From contig JBFILE010000002.1 of NCBI GenBank assembly GCA_041599855.1, forward strand, positions 1 to 35,630: a DNA stretch of 35,630 nucleotides, read 5' to 3'. The position numbers and the translations under genes were made by a program. The notes below the pieces were generated by a model. That model did no database searches, was not told where the DNA came from, and saw only the letters and a list, made by a program, of their open reading frames with translations. The stretch's first letter is position 1, and every line of letters starts with the position of its first letter. Positions 24,175 through 32,950 of the stretch are shown piece by piece. The DNA is from Thermoplasmatota archaeon. Lineage in GTDB: Archaea; Thermoplasmatota; SW-10-69-26; JACQPN01; JAJPHT01.

Positions 24175-24198
24175 GAAGCGTGCGGTGTTACACGCTTC
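24175..24198 (-). other. 8-bp perfect hairpin between the protease and capsid genes
   Basis: GAAGCGTG-N8-CACGCTTC. It contains AAGCGTGTAAC, related to the class-1 core. Confidence 0.4.
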
Positions 24199-24223
24199 GA
24201 GGATGAGGTGGGAGGGCCCGGCC

Positions 24224-24877
24224 TCAGTAATACCGGCGGCGGACCGGGGTGGAGGGTGCGATGGCGCGGCCCTCGTCCTCGGTCGTGTTCGGCGTCGGCG
24301 TGAATCGGACGGCCTCGATGAGGTTGCCCTCTGCGGCCAGCGTGCGGACTTCCTCGAAGTCCATCGAGCGCTTAGCGGCGAGGCTCTGGAGGCCGGTGGT
24401 CGTGTCGTCGTATGCGGGGAAGGCCACGGGGCCGATGTCCCGAATGGCGAACTGTATGAGCGTGCGGAGCGGGCGGCCGTCCTCGGTCTCGCCCCAATCG
24501 TCCTCAATCGACCGGAAGCAGAAGGAGCTACCGGGGTAGTCCCCGCGCTCCAGGAGCTTCGCGGTATCGCGGCCCAGGGTCGTATCGGGGAGGTCGATCC
24601 AGTACGGGACGCCCTCGGCGCGCTCTTCGAGGCGGAGGGTGCCCGAGCCAGAGCGGCCCAGGAGGAGGTTTACGTCATGGTTCACCAGGGCGCGAATATC
24701 GGCCTCGGCGAGCGTCTTCGTAGCGGCCCCAAACTGGACCTCTTCCACGAAGCCTCCGAGGTCGCGCGAGCGCTTGCCGTACACGATGCCCAGGCCGTGG
24801 GCGATGAGCTTCCCGCCATCGGCGCGGACTTCGAGGCCCACGGGCTCTAGGAACGTGCGGCGTTCGAGGGTGGTCAT
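24224..24877 (-). CDS. prohead protease, HK97 family (217 aa)
   Basis: Track ORF 24224..24997 trimmed to ATG 24877, which overlaps the portal stop (ATGA). Position and size fit the S78/U35 type. Confidence 0.85.
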   Translation of the reverse strand: MTTLERRTFLEPVGLEVRADGGKLIAHGLGIVYGKRSRDLGGFVEEVQFGAATKTLAEADIRALVNHDVNLLLGRSGSGTLRLEERAEGVPYWIDLPDTTLGRDTAKLLERGDYPGSSFCFRSIEDDWGETEDGRPLRTLIQFAIRDIGPVAFPAYDDTTTGLQSLAAKRSMDFEEVRTLAAEGNLIEAVRFTPTPNTTEDEGRAIAPSTPVRRRYY

Positions 24878-26124
24878 GAGTCGGTCTCCTCGTCGGAGTC
24901 GGCGGCGTCCCCCTCGGACGACGGCGGCGGGGTGGGGGGTGGGGGAGGCTTGAGCTTCTCCCGCTGCTCCGGGGTCATCGGCGGGAGGTCTTCCCACTTC
25001 CGGATTTCGTCGGGGTCATAGATGCCAGCGGTGATTCCGGCGGCGTAGGTCTCGATGCGGTCCGAGTAGGAGCCACGCTCGAAGCCTTCGAGATGGATAC
25101 GGATGAAGGTGTTAGCGTTCGCTCGGGGCGGGCCCTCGGAGCGGAGGAGCAGGGTAAAGGCCACCTCTAGGCGCTTGGCCCACGGGGTGAAGGTGAGCTT
25201 GCTCATCGCGGTGTTCTGCTCGGCGAGGCCGGAGCCCCACGAGGTCGAGTTAGAGGAATCGGCGAGCACGTGCGGCGGGAGGCCGAACAGGCGGGCAATG
25301 TCCTGCACGCTGAATTGGCGAGTCTCCAGGAACTGAGTTTGCTCAGGGGAGAGGGCGAGGGGCTTGAACTCTGCTCCCTCGGTGAGCACGGCGACCGTGC
25401 CCACGTTCTCCACGCCTGAATGGAGGGTGTCCCAGGCCTTGCGGATGAGCGTGGCCCCCACGTCCGAGAGGTTGCCCGGGACTCCGATGAAGCCGGAGGG
25501 GAGGGAGGCGTTCTCGAAGAAGTTGGCCCCGTACTCCTGGGCGGCGAGGGCGGTCCCCATCGTGGCGGCGGCGTGTGAGATGGGGTCGAGCCCCACCAGG
25601 CTGCCCGGAAGGGCGAGGCCGCGCACGTGGAGCACTGAGTCCGAGGTGTGGTCCCGGCCTGCGATGTTGTAGATGATGAAGCCCCCCTCCCGGCGCACGG
25701 CCACGGCGTCGGGGTCGAGCACTTCGAGCGAGGTGACCTGTCCGAACTTGTCGCGCCAGATGAAGAGGTAGGCGTTACCCCTGAGGAGGAGACTCGTCAG
25801 AGACTGACTCAGGATGTCCTGCCAGCACAGAGCGAGACCGCGATTCGGCATCTCCAGCCACTTCGGTTGAGTCCGCATCTTGACCGAGAAGTCTCCGGCG
25901 GCGTCCTTGCGGTAGGCGTGGACAGGAAGCGAGCCCATGCCCTCGGCGATGATTCGCACGGCGGCGTACACGGCCATGATGGAGAGCGCCGAGTCCGGGG
26001 TGATGAGTTGCCCGGCGGACTTCGAGCCACGGCGGCCGAAGAGGTCCAGGGCGTCGGTTGTATCCCATGAGACCGAGCGAGTGGCGAAGCCTGCGATACG
26101 GCGAACGATTGAGCGGAAGTCCAT
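24874..26124 (-). CDS. portal protein, HK97 family (416 aa)
   Basis: Track ORF. GAGGAGGG SD. Lies between the large terminase and the protease. Confidence 0.9.
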   Translation of the reverse strand: MDFRSIVRRIAGFATRSVSWDTTDALDLFGRRGSKSAGQLITPDSALSIMAVYAAVRIIAEGMGSLPVHAYRKDAAGDFSVKMRTQPKWLEMPNRGLALCWQDILSQSLTSLLLRGNAYLFIWRDKFGQVTSLEVLDPDAVAVRREGGFIIYNIAGRDHTSDSVLHVRGLALPGSLVGLDPISHAAATMGTALAAQEYGANFFENASLPSGFIGVPGNLSDVGATLIRKAWDTLHSGVENVGTVAVLTEGAEFKPLALSPEQTQFLETRQFSVQDIARLFGLPPHVLADSSNSTSWGSGLAEQNTAMSKLTFTPWAKRLEVAFTLLLRSEGPPRANANTFIRIHLEGFERGSYSDRIETYAAGITAGIYDPDEIRKWEDLPPMTPEQREKLKPPPPPTPPPSSEGDAADSDEETDS

Positions 26125-26146
26125 GGAGTGGCCCTCCTCAGGGCAG

Positions 26147-27601
26147 TTAGAGGAGGACGAGGCGGGCCTCGGGCTCCTCCTCCTCGCGGTAGGCGATGGC
26201 GCGGTGATGGGCCACTACGGCGGCCACGGCGAGGTCGATCTTCTTCGAGGACATCTTCGAGTCCTTCGTGATGCGGCCGCCTCGTGCGTCCTCCTTGAGG
26301 ATGGCGTTCGCCATATGGCGAGAGAGGGCGGCGTCCCCGGTATGGGAGAGCTTCTGCTCTAGGACGTTCTCGTAGAAGGCGGTGGTGGCGGGCACCATAC
26401 GGGCGGGGGCGTTCGTGGGGTATTCCACGATGGGGAGCCCCTCCTCTGCGAGTTCCATGAGGGATTGCTCGAAGCGGTACGGGTCGGCGGCGAGTTCACG
26501 GAGACGGAAGCGGCGGGCCTGCTCGCGGATGCGGGCCTTTACGTCTTCGATCGGGGTACGCCAGTGTGGATCACCGAGCGGGGCCTCCCAGTGTCCGAGG
26601 ACTTCGAGGTGGAGGTCTTCGAGGCGACAGGCCACGAGGGCGGTGGAGTCGCCCTTCCACGCCCCATCGAATCCGAAGACCACCTCGTCCCCATCTTCGA
26701 GGCGGCGGGTGAGGTCCTCGCACTTCGCCCAGGCCCCCGAGGGGAGCCAAGCGGACTCCGCCGAGGTCCACCCATTGAGGCGGTAGCGGATGAACGCAGC
26801 GTTCCCGCCGGTCCGCTGAGCGGTGGCGCGGAGGTCGTCGTAGTTGATGAAGCTGGCCGGGTTCCACAAGCGCCAGAGGTCTTCGTCCAGCGGGTCGAAC
26901 TCCTCGGCGTCGTCGGGCCCGTACCACGTCATCCCCATGAAGGGGTCGTCGGACTCGCCCGATCGCACGGCCTTGCCATGCTGATAGAGGAGCCCGAGGG
27001 GGCTCTCCAGGTCAAAGCCAGCGGTGGTGATGGTCAGGACGAGAGGCTCGTTACGGGCCCCCGAGCCCATGGTCATCGCGTCGTACAGGTCGGTATTCTT
27101 GTGGACGTGGTACTCATCGAAGACCACGAAGGACGGATTCAGACCCTGCTGGAGCCCGGCGTCAGCACTGACGGCCTTGTACTTGCCCCCGTTGATGGTG
27201 CAGAGGATTTCATTCCGGTACACCTTGCAGACGGCCAGGAGGTCCGGGGAGGACTCCACCATGCGGCGGGCCTCGGTGAAGACCAGGCGAGCCTGCTCAC
27301 GGTCTCCGGCGGCCGAGTAGACCTCGGGGGCCGAGTCGGCAGGGTCGGCGATGAGGTGGTAGAGGGCGAGCGCTGCGCCGAGTTGGCTCTTGCCGTTCTT
27401 ACGGGGGAGGCCGAGGAGGTAGGAGCGGTGCTTCCGGCGGCCCCCCGGGCCCACGCGGTAGATGTCATGGATAACGTCCCGCTGCCAGGGCTCCAGGATG
27501 AAGGGCTGCCCGAGGTGCGACTTTCCGAGGGTGATAAAGGTCTCGATGAACCTGATAACACGGTCGGCCCGAGACTCTCCTGAGGTGATGGGTAGGAGCA
27601 T
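26147..27601 (-). CDS. terL: terminase large subunit (484 aa)
   Basis: Walker A-like LLGLPRKNGKSQL, an ATPase then nuclease layout, and the portal gene immediately downstream. Confidence 0.9.
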   Translation of the reverse strand: MLLPITSGESRADRVIRFIETFITLGKSHLGQPFILEPWQRDVIHDIYRVGPGGRRKHRSYLLGLPRKNGKSQLGAALALYHLIADPADSAPEVYSAAGDREQARLVFTEARRMVESSPDLLAVCKVYRNEILCTINGGKYKAVSADAGLQQGLNPSFVVFDEYHVHKNTDLYDAMTMGSGARNEPLVLTITTAGFDLESPLGLLYQHGKAVRSGESDDPFMGMTWYGPDDAEEFDPLDEDLWRLWNPASFINYDDLRATAQRTGGNAAFIRYRLNGWTSAESAWLPSGAWAKCEDLTRRLEDGDEVVFGFDGAWKGDSTALVACRLEDLHLEVLGHWEAPLGDPHWRTPIEDVKARIREQARRFRLRELAADPYRFEQSLMELAEEGLPIVEYPTNAPARMVPATTAFYENVLEQKLSHTGDAALSRHMANAILKEDARGGRITKDSKMSSKKIDLAVAAVVAHHRAIAYREEEEPEARLVLL

Positions 27602-27623
27602 GAGGGGGCCGCCCCCTCGGCGG

Positions 27624-27926
27624 TCAGGTCAGAGTGAGGTGGCCTACCCGGCGGATGAAGTCCTCCGGGGCGGCGGTGACGCGGACCCATACGGCGTAAA
27701 CCCCGGGGGGCTTTGCCAGGGCCCCCGAGCCGAAGAGGAAGACGGCGGTGGCTCGGAAGGTCTCGTTAGGGAGCTCCACGGCGGTACCCTCCCACGCCCC
27801 TGGTACCCACGAGACCGGGGCCTCATCGGTGGCGGTCAGGGCCACGGAGACCGAGCCCCCCGTAGGGTCAGCGGTCCCCACCACGTTCCAGCGGCGATAT
27901 TCGATGGAGGTGGCGGGGAACTGCAT
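27624..27926 (-). CDS. hypothetical small beta-rich protein (100 aa)
   Basis: Track ORF, last gene of the terS-terL cassette. Confidence 0.6.
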   Translation of the reverse strand: MQFPATSIEYRRWNVVGTADPTGGSVSVALTATDEAPVSWVPGAWEGTAVELPNETFRATAVFLFGSGALAKPPGVYAVWVRVTAAPEDFIRRVGHLTLT

Positions 27927-27936
27927 GGCGGGCCTT

Positions 27937-29604
27937 TCAGGCGGCGGGGGACACTACGAAGGACGGCCCGGCGGGCGTGACATCGGCGGAGCGCTTGCTC
28001 TCCTGGACCACGGGCCCAGGGAGCGGGCCCTCCACCTTGAGGATGGCCCAGAGCACGCTTAGGAGGGAGACCGAGCCCCCAAACGTCACGGCCCCCAGCG
28101 ATGCGAGGGTGGCCAGGAGGGCCAGGGATGCGGAGCCCCCGAGCGTCGAAGCCCCCGAAGCCCCGAGGGGGGCCAGGCGGCCGAGGACGGCGGAGCCCCC
28201 GAAGGTAGCGGTGGCGGTGGCCAGGAGCGAGCGGGCGGCGGTGATTGCGGCCGAGCCCGAGGCGGTGAACGCCCCAGATGCGGCCAGGATGAGCGGGGCT
28301 GCCCCTAGGCTCAAGGTAGCGGAGCCCGAGGTGGTCAGGTCGCCGGAGGCGGTGAGCGGGCGAGAGGCCACGAGAGTGGCCGCTCCGGCGGTAGCCAGGG
28401 CCCCGGACGCGGTGAGCGGGCGAGAGGCCACGAGAGTGGCGGAGCCCGAGGCGGTCAGGTCCCCGGAGGCGGCGAGTGCGTGCACCTGGCGGAGGGTGGC
28501 GGAATCTCCGAATACGGCCCCGCCTGAGGCGGTGAGGAAGTGCTCGGTGGCGGCCCCGTCGATCACCAGGGCGGCCGAGCCCGAGGCGGTGAGGCTGCCC
28601 GAGGCGGTGAGCGGGGCGGTCCGGTCCAGGGTGGCGGCCCCGGTAGCCGAGACCGAGCCCGAGGCGGAGAGCGGACGCTCAGCGCTCACGGAGGCGGTGC
28701 CCGAGGTGGTCAGGTCGCCGGATGCTGCTACCGCCTGGGAGGTGCCGAGCGCTGCGGTGCCCGAGGTGGTGAGGTCGCCGGAGGCGGTGAGCGGGCGCTC
28801 TGTCACGAGGGCGGCGGTGCCCGAGGTGGCGAGGTCGCCGGATGCTGCGAGCGGGCGAGAGGCCACGATGTCGGCGGAGCCCGAGGTGGTCAGGTCGCCC
28901 GAGGCGGTGAGCGGGTGGGAGGTGGGGCCCCCTCCTGCTAGCTCCTCGGCGGTGAAGTTGTCTACGAAGGGCTGAGAGTAGAGCGAGGAGTAGTTACGCG
29001 TCAGACGAAAGCCCGTCCACGTACCTGAAGGGTAGGTGGAGTCGGTGGTCGAGACCTTCTCCACGCCATTGAGGAAGGCCGTAAGGGTGGAGCCCGAAGC
29101 CTCTAGGCGTACAGTCGCGGCGGAACCCGTATCGGTCCGCCAGTTATTGATACCGAGGTCTGCGAGGGGGATGAGAGCGCTGGAGGCCAAGAGGGTGGGG
29201 ACATCTCCGTCCACCCGGTAAATCTGAACCTTGATCTCCTGGACCCAGGTCCGCTCTAGTACTGCAAGGTACCCGTTGAAGGTGCCCGCCCCCATCGAGG
29301 AGGCGGAGCCTCGAACGATAGGGCCGCCTTGCTGCCCAGCAATGTTCGTGTCACTGCTCTCGGTGTCCACGAAGACATCGAGAGAGGCGGCGTGGTCGGC
29401 CACGGCCTGGGCGGTTTGGTGAATGGCCCACGAGGACCCCACGGTGGACATGTCCACCACGTTGGTGCCGTCAGAGTGCGTGTTATGAGTGTCGAGAGTG
29501 GCGACGCCCCCCGACTGAGCCCAGACCGCCCACGTTCCCGGGGCTGCACTCGCAAGGGTGCTCCCTAGGGTGTAGGCGTTGAAGTTGTCGGTGACGGTGG
29601 GCAC
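27937..29604 (-). CDS. fibre-like protein: N-terminal LamG/ConA-like domain plus about 14 tandem 20-aa repeats (555 aa)
   Basis: GTG start with GGAG 8 nt upstream. The N-terminal domain is bracketed by DNF...FVDNF. Repeats are of the type RPLTASGDLTTSGSATLVAS. The DNA shows a 60-bp periodicity, with exact 32-mers at 28349..28380 and 28409..28440. Confidence 0.8.
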   Translation of the reverse strand: MPTVTDNFNAYTLGSTLASAAPGTWAVWAQSGGVATLDTHNTHSDGTNVVDMSTVGSSWAIHQTAQAVADHAASLDVFVDTESSDTNIAGQQGGPIVRGSASSMGAGTFNGYLAVLERTWVQEIKVQIYRVDGDVPTLLASSALIPLADLGINNWRTDTGSAATVRLEASGSTLTAFLNGVEKVSTTDSTYPSGTWTGFRLTRNYSSLYSQPFVDNFTAEELAGGGPTSHPLTASGDLTTSGSADIVASRPLAASGDLATSGTAALVTERPLTASGDLTTSGTAALGTSQAVAASGDLTTSGTASVSAERPLSASGSVSATGAATLDRTAPLTASGSLTASGSAALVIDGAATEHFLTASGGAVFGDSATLRQVHALAASGDLTASGSATLVASRPLTASGALATAGAATLVASRPLTASGDLTTSGSATLSLGAAPLILAASGAFTASGSAAITAARSLLATATATFGGSAVLGRLAPLGASGASTLGGSASLALLATLASLGAVTFGGSVSLLSVLWAILKVEGPLPGPVVQESKRSADVTPAGPSFVVSPAA

Positions 29605-29616
29605 GGGGTCGCTCCG

Positions 29617-30060
29617 TTAGAACAGAAGGGTGGGCACCCCGTCGAATCGGGCGGCAAAGGTCGGCTCATTAACGAGGACCCAGCGGGAGACCCCTAGCAC
29701 TGTCATATCCCGGAACGTGTTTCGCGCTGCGTCGAACGTAGTTTCGAGGGTGCGCTCCTCAGGTTTCGAGATAACACGGGCCATGTCTGCGGGGCTCGTG
29801 GGGTCCCCGAGGTCGTATGTCCCGGCGGGGGCGGCCACGAGGTCCCGAGCGATAACGAGGAAGTGCAGACGGTTACCGCGCCCATTGAGCGGGGCGCACG
29901 TGTAGGGGCCTGCTATAGCCACGTCGGGGCGGATGGGGTCCGGGCGGTAGGCGAAGGTCGAGGGGAGTCCAGTGTCCGGGTCGGTGGGGTAGGGCGGATC
30001 GAGAGCGATAGGCCCGAGGACTCCCCCCGTGCCCGTGCTCCCGGTAATGAACATACGCAC
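29617..30060 (-). CDS. hypothetical protein (147 aa)
   Basis: Track ORF. GTG 30060 with GGAAGGA 8 nt upstream (alternative ATG at 30054). Confidence 0.6.
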   Translation of the reverse strand: MRMFITGSTGTGGVLGPIALDPPYPTDPDTGLPSTFAYRPDPIRPDVAIAGPYTCAPLNGRGNRLHFLVIARDLVAAPAGTYDLGDPTSPADMARVISKPEERTLETTFDAARNTFRDMTVLGVSRWVLVNEPTFAARFDGVPTLLF

Positions 30061-30082
30061 GGGGGGAATCCTTCCGAGGGAA

Positions 30083-30499
30083 TCAGTCGCCGGTCATGAC
30101 GAGAGCGCCAGCGGCGATCGTGATGGAGTCCCCGTTAGCGGGGTCCTTCGCGGCGTCGGCGGTCCAGTAGAAGGGGAGGTCTCCGGCGGTGCCTGTCGAA
30201 GCCGACACGAGAGCGATATGGGTAACGTTCGCTAGGTCGGCGGTGAAGGGGCCGAAGGTGATAGCGCCCGTGTTCGAGGAACTCGAAGGGTCGCCAGTCG
30301 GAGCGGAGAAGGCCACGGTCTGACGGTTGTATCCGCTTACACCTGGGGTGGCAAGCTCGGCCATCGTCGCCATGCTCGTGGCGTCGGTCGGCGCTGCGGT
30401 GAGGAGCGCGAGGTACATGGTGCGGGCGGTCTGCGTTGCACGACCGCTCATAGCGTCCAGGGCGATATTCGCCCCGGCGGTGGAGGGCTGTCCAGCCAT
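30083..30499 (-). CDS. small tail-fibre/collar-like beta protein (138 aa)
   Basis: The pattern MYLALLTAAPTD...GVSGYNRQTVAFSAP...NTGAITFGPF...VTHIALVSASTGTAGDL recalls a family recurrent in phage tail-fibre modules. This is recognition by eye only. Confidence 0.65.
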   Translation of the reverse strand: MAGQPSTAGANIALDAMSGRATQTARTMYLALLTAAPTDATSMATMAELATPGVSGYNRQTVAFSAPTGDPSSSSNTGAITFGPFTADLANVTHIALVSASTGTAGDLPFYWTADAAKDPANGDSITIAAGALVMTGD

Positions 30500-30536
30500 C
30501 TTGGTGGGTCCTTTCGGGGTGGGGGCGGTGGGGGCT

Positions 30537-30556
30537 CTTGACTCTTAAGTGTCAGG
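30537..30556 (-). promoter_or_regulatory. promoter-less class-1 dyad copy S6
   Basis: + strand CTTGACTCTTAAGTGTCAGG, 16/20 self-complementary around CTTAAG. Covers stop codon 30552..30554. Confidence 0.5.
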
Positions 30557-31331
30557 AGTGCCCGAGGTGTTCGAGGGTGTAGAGGTTCCGAAGCTCGAAG
30601 TCATAGAAATCCAGGCGGAGCCCGGCGTGGAGCGGGCGATCCCACCACGGGGCCCCCGGTAGCTTCTCGATGACCTCGTAGACCTTCACGCCATCCCAGT
30701 AGATGATGTGGTGCCCCTTACTCGGGACGACCAGGCGGAAGGTATGCCACTCGCCTAGCTGAGCGTCGTGGTCGAAGCCCGTGGGGAGGTAGGTGTAGGC
30801 CCGGGCGATGCCGTAGGGGCCATTGATCTGGCCCGAGGCGCTCCAGCGGTCCTTGCCGTTAGGGGCGAAGCCCGAGACGATGTTATTATCCTCGTCCACG
30901 AAGGCGGGGTGGAAGTTGACGCCCCACTTCCACGTTGGCTCCCGCTGCTCGGTCTCGATCCAAACACGGTCCAGGCGGGAGCGGATGAGGATATCCCCTC
31001 CGAACTCGTAGGGGGGCTCCAGGGCGTCCCGGGTGATGATGCGCGAGTAGACGCCATACGCCCCGAGCTTCACGGTCCCGGCGGCGGTGACGCGGCCCGA
31101 GCGGAGGGTCCCGGACTCGGTGACCACGAGGACGGAGCGACCGCCGCGCTGCTCGATGGCGGAGTTTCCGAGGGGGCCGCGGCCCCAGTAGTCGGTACCA
31201 GTGAAGACCGTTCCCGGGGCCTGCCCCTCGGTCGGGGCTAGGTTGAACCTTACACCTTTCTCGCTCTCGGGGTAGCATGTGTGAGCTACCACGGGCAAGA
31301 AGGCGAGGAGGAAGAAGGAGAGGTACTTCAC
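30552..31331 (-). CDS. secreted ConA-like lectin/glucanase-fold protein with N-terminal signal peptide (259 aa)
   Basis: GTG start. MKYLSFFLLAFLPVVAHTC looks like a signal peptide. WHTFRLVV...HIIYWDGVKVYE resembles ConA-like/GH16-type beta-sandwich proteins. Confidence 0.7.
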   Translation of the reverse strand: MKYLSFFLLAFLPVVAHTCYPESEKGVRFNLAPTEGQAPGTVFTGTDYWGRGPLGNSAIEQRGGRSVLVVTESGTLRSGRVTAAGTVKLGAYGVYSRIITRDALEPPYEFGGDILIRSRLDRVWIETEQREPTWKWGVNFHPAFVDEDNNIVSGFAPNGKDRWSASGQINGPYGIARAYTYLPTGFDHDAQLGEWHTFRLVVPSKGHHIIYWDGVKVYEVIEKLPGAPWWDRPLHAGLRLDFYDFELRNLYTLEHLGHS

Positions 31332-31342
31332 GGGGTCCCGAT

Positions 31343-31783
31343 CTAGTCGGCGGCGAGGAATGCGGCGAGCTTGCTCTGGCCCTCCACGGTGGCGATGCCG
31401 AGGCGGAGGCGGGCCTCGGGGTTCAGGCCTAGGCGGTCTTCGAGGGCCTGGAGCTTCGAGTCCACGGAGTCGAGGAGCTTCGCGGCGGGGTGGGCGACTA
31501 GCTGGCCCTGGGAGCCCGGGACCGTCCAGCCTTCGGATTCGAGGGTGGCTAGGAGGGCGGAGCGGCGGGCGGTCATCTCGGCGTAGCGCTCGATGACGGC
31601 GGCGTCGGTCTTCTCGTTGTAGGCCTCGCGGCCAGCGTCCCAGACCTCGGCCCAGATGCGGCGGGCGTGAGTGTTCAGACCGGCGGGCGGTGCGGGCGGG
31701 GTGAACGGGGCGGCGTGGTCCACCTCGGTGGTGGCCGGGCGGACGGTGGCGTTACCTTGAGGGTTCGCGGAGGGTCTGGACAT
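31343..31783 (-). CDS. terS: terminase small subunit, P27 family (146 aa)
   Basis: Track ORF 31343..31921 (GTG) trimmed to ATG 31783. C-terminal LEDRLGLNPEARLRLGI is typical of P27-type TerS. HNH genes lie directly upstream. Confidence 0.8.
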   Translation of the reverse strand: MSRPSANPQGNATVRPATTEVDHAAPFTPPAPPAGLNTHARRIWAEVWDAGREAYNEKTDAAVIERYAEMTARRSALLATLESEGWTVPGSQGQLVAHPAAKLLDSVDSKLQALEDRLGLNPEARLRLGIATVEGQSKLAAFLAAD

Positions 31784-32480
31784 GGTGATGCCACTCCTCC
31801 AGGGTGCGGTCGGTCTTCTGGGAGTTGCACCTAGTGCACGCTGGAGCGAGGTTGCCCACGGTGTGGTCACCTCCGCGAGAGAGCGGGATGAGGTGCTCCA
31901 TGGTCTCGGGCGCACCTTCACAGTCGGGCCCGTTGAGGACGCACACGAAGAGTTCCCGCTCCTCCCAGGAGTCGAGAAGCTCAGCGTGGGTATGGTCGTC
32001 GGTCAAGGCTCCGGCTTCACGAGCGCGGCGGGCCGTCCCACTACGGGAGTTGAGGCCCGTCTCTCTGCGGTAGCGGTTGATGGCGGCCCGCCTACACTCG
32101 GGGGCGCAGTAGGCCACGGGGCCGGACCCACGGGGGGCCCCGAAGACGGCGGAGCACTCACGACATTCCACGGAGCGCTGGGGCTTCGCTTCGATACGAG
32201 TGGCGGCGGCGCACGCCCGAGTGCAGAAGCGCGAGTGACCCCCCCTCGGCGGCGGGGTGTAGGGCGTGGCGCACCTCTCGCACGCCCGCTGCTCCGGGGC
32301 GCGTGGGGCGCGTGGGGCCTTCTTCGGGCATGTACTGCACCTCAGGGGCCACCGTCCTCGCTTCCCCTCGGGGCGGACGGTGAGGAACGGATGGGCGCAC
32401 CTCGTGCAAGGGTGCCACCGGGCGGCCCCTGCTTCGAGGTCTCGCTCCATCTGTTCGAGCATGAGCGTGAGGTACTCCAT
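31752..32480 (-). CDS. HNH endonuclease with N-terminal multi-CxxC zinc-ribbon region (242 aa)
   Basis: C-terminal HLIPLSRGGDHTVGNLAPACTRCNSQK (HNH). Four to five CxxC pairs in the N-terminal half. GGAG SD 7 nt upstream. Overlaps the terS start by 32 nt. Confidence 0.8.
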   Translation of the reverse strand: MEYLTLMLEQMERDLEAGAARWHPCTRCAHPFLTVRPEGKRGRWPLRCSTCPKKAPRAPRAPEQRACERCATPYTPPPRGGHSRFCTRACAAATRIEAKPQRSVECRECSAVFGAPRGSGPVAYCAPECRRAAINRYRRETGLNSRSGTARRAREAGALTDDHTHAELLDSWEERELFVCVLNGPDCEGAPETMEHLIPLSRGGDHTVGNLAPACTRCNSQKTDRTLEEWHHHVQTLREPSR

Positions 32481-32515
32481 CGGCTATCTCCGGGGGGCTT
32501 GTGCGATTTCTGGCA

Positions 32516-32530
32516 CTTCAAGAGTCAAAG
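32516..32530 (-). promoter_or_regulatory. class-1 half-site S7 upstream of the HNH/terS block
   Basis: Coding strand CTTTGACTCTTGAAG shares TTGACTCTTGA with the class-1 cassettes, but no good -10 lies 17 nt downstream (CGCACA). Confidence 0.35.
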
Positions 32531-32638
32531 ATCGACTCACACTAGGGCCGCGTGTCTAGGGGTACCAGGGTGAGGAAGGGTGCCCCCTGCTCCGAACTTC
32601 TGCCGGAGCGTGCGTGCGTGCGGGTAGGCGCAGGCCCC

Positions 32639-32950
32639 CTACCCTGGTCGATGCTCGCGTAGGTCGCTGAGGGTCTTACGGGCGTGGCACGCTTCACAAA
32701 GCGCTTGCAGATTCGAGAAGGTATCGAGACCACCTGCCCATAGGGGGATGCGGTGATCCCACTCGATTTCGCGAGGGGGGAGTGGCTTCGCACACGAGGC
32801 GCACGGGGTACGTGTACCGGGGGGAGTGGATGCCCGGGCCAGCCTACGGAGGGAGGGGGAGCGGGTGATGGCGTGGGCCTGGCATCGTGGCTCTCCCGGG
32901 CGCGTGAGGCGCTGGCACACGATGCAGGGACGAGGAAGGGGTAGTCCCAT
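32639..32950 (-). CDS. HNH endonuclease (103 aa)
   Basis: Track ORF 32639..33175 trimmed to ATG 32950 (GGAGGG 8 nt upstream). CIVCQ...CQAH and CASCAKPL...EWDHRIPLWAGGLDTFSNLQALCEACHARKT. Confidence 0.75.
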   Translation of the reverse strand: MGLPLPRPCIVCQRLTRPGEPRCQAHAITRSPSLRRLARASTPPGTRTPCASCAKPLPPREIEWDHRIPLWAGGLDTFSNLQALCEACHARKTLSDLREHRPG

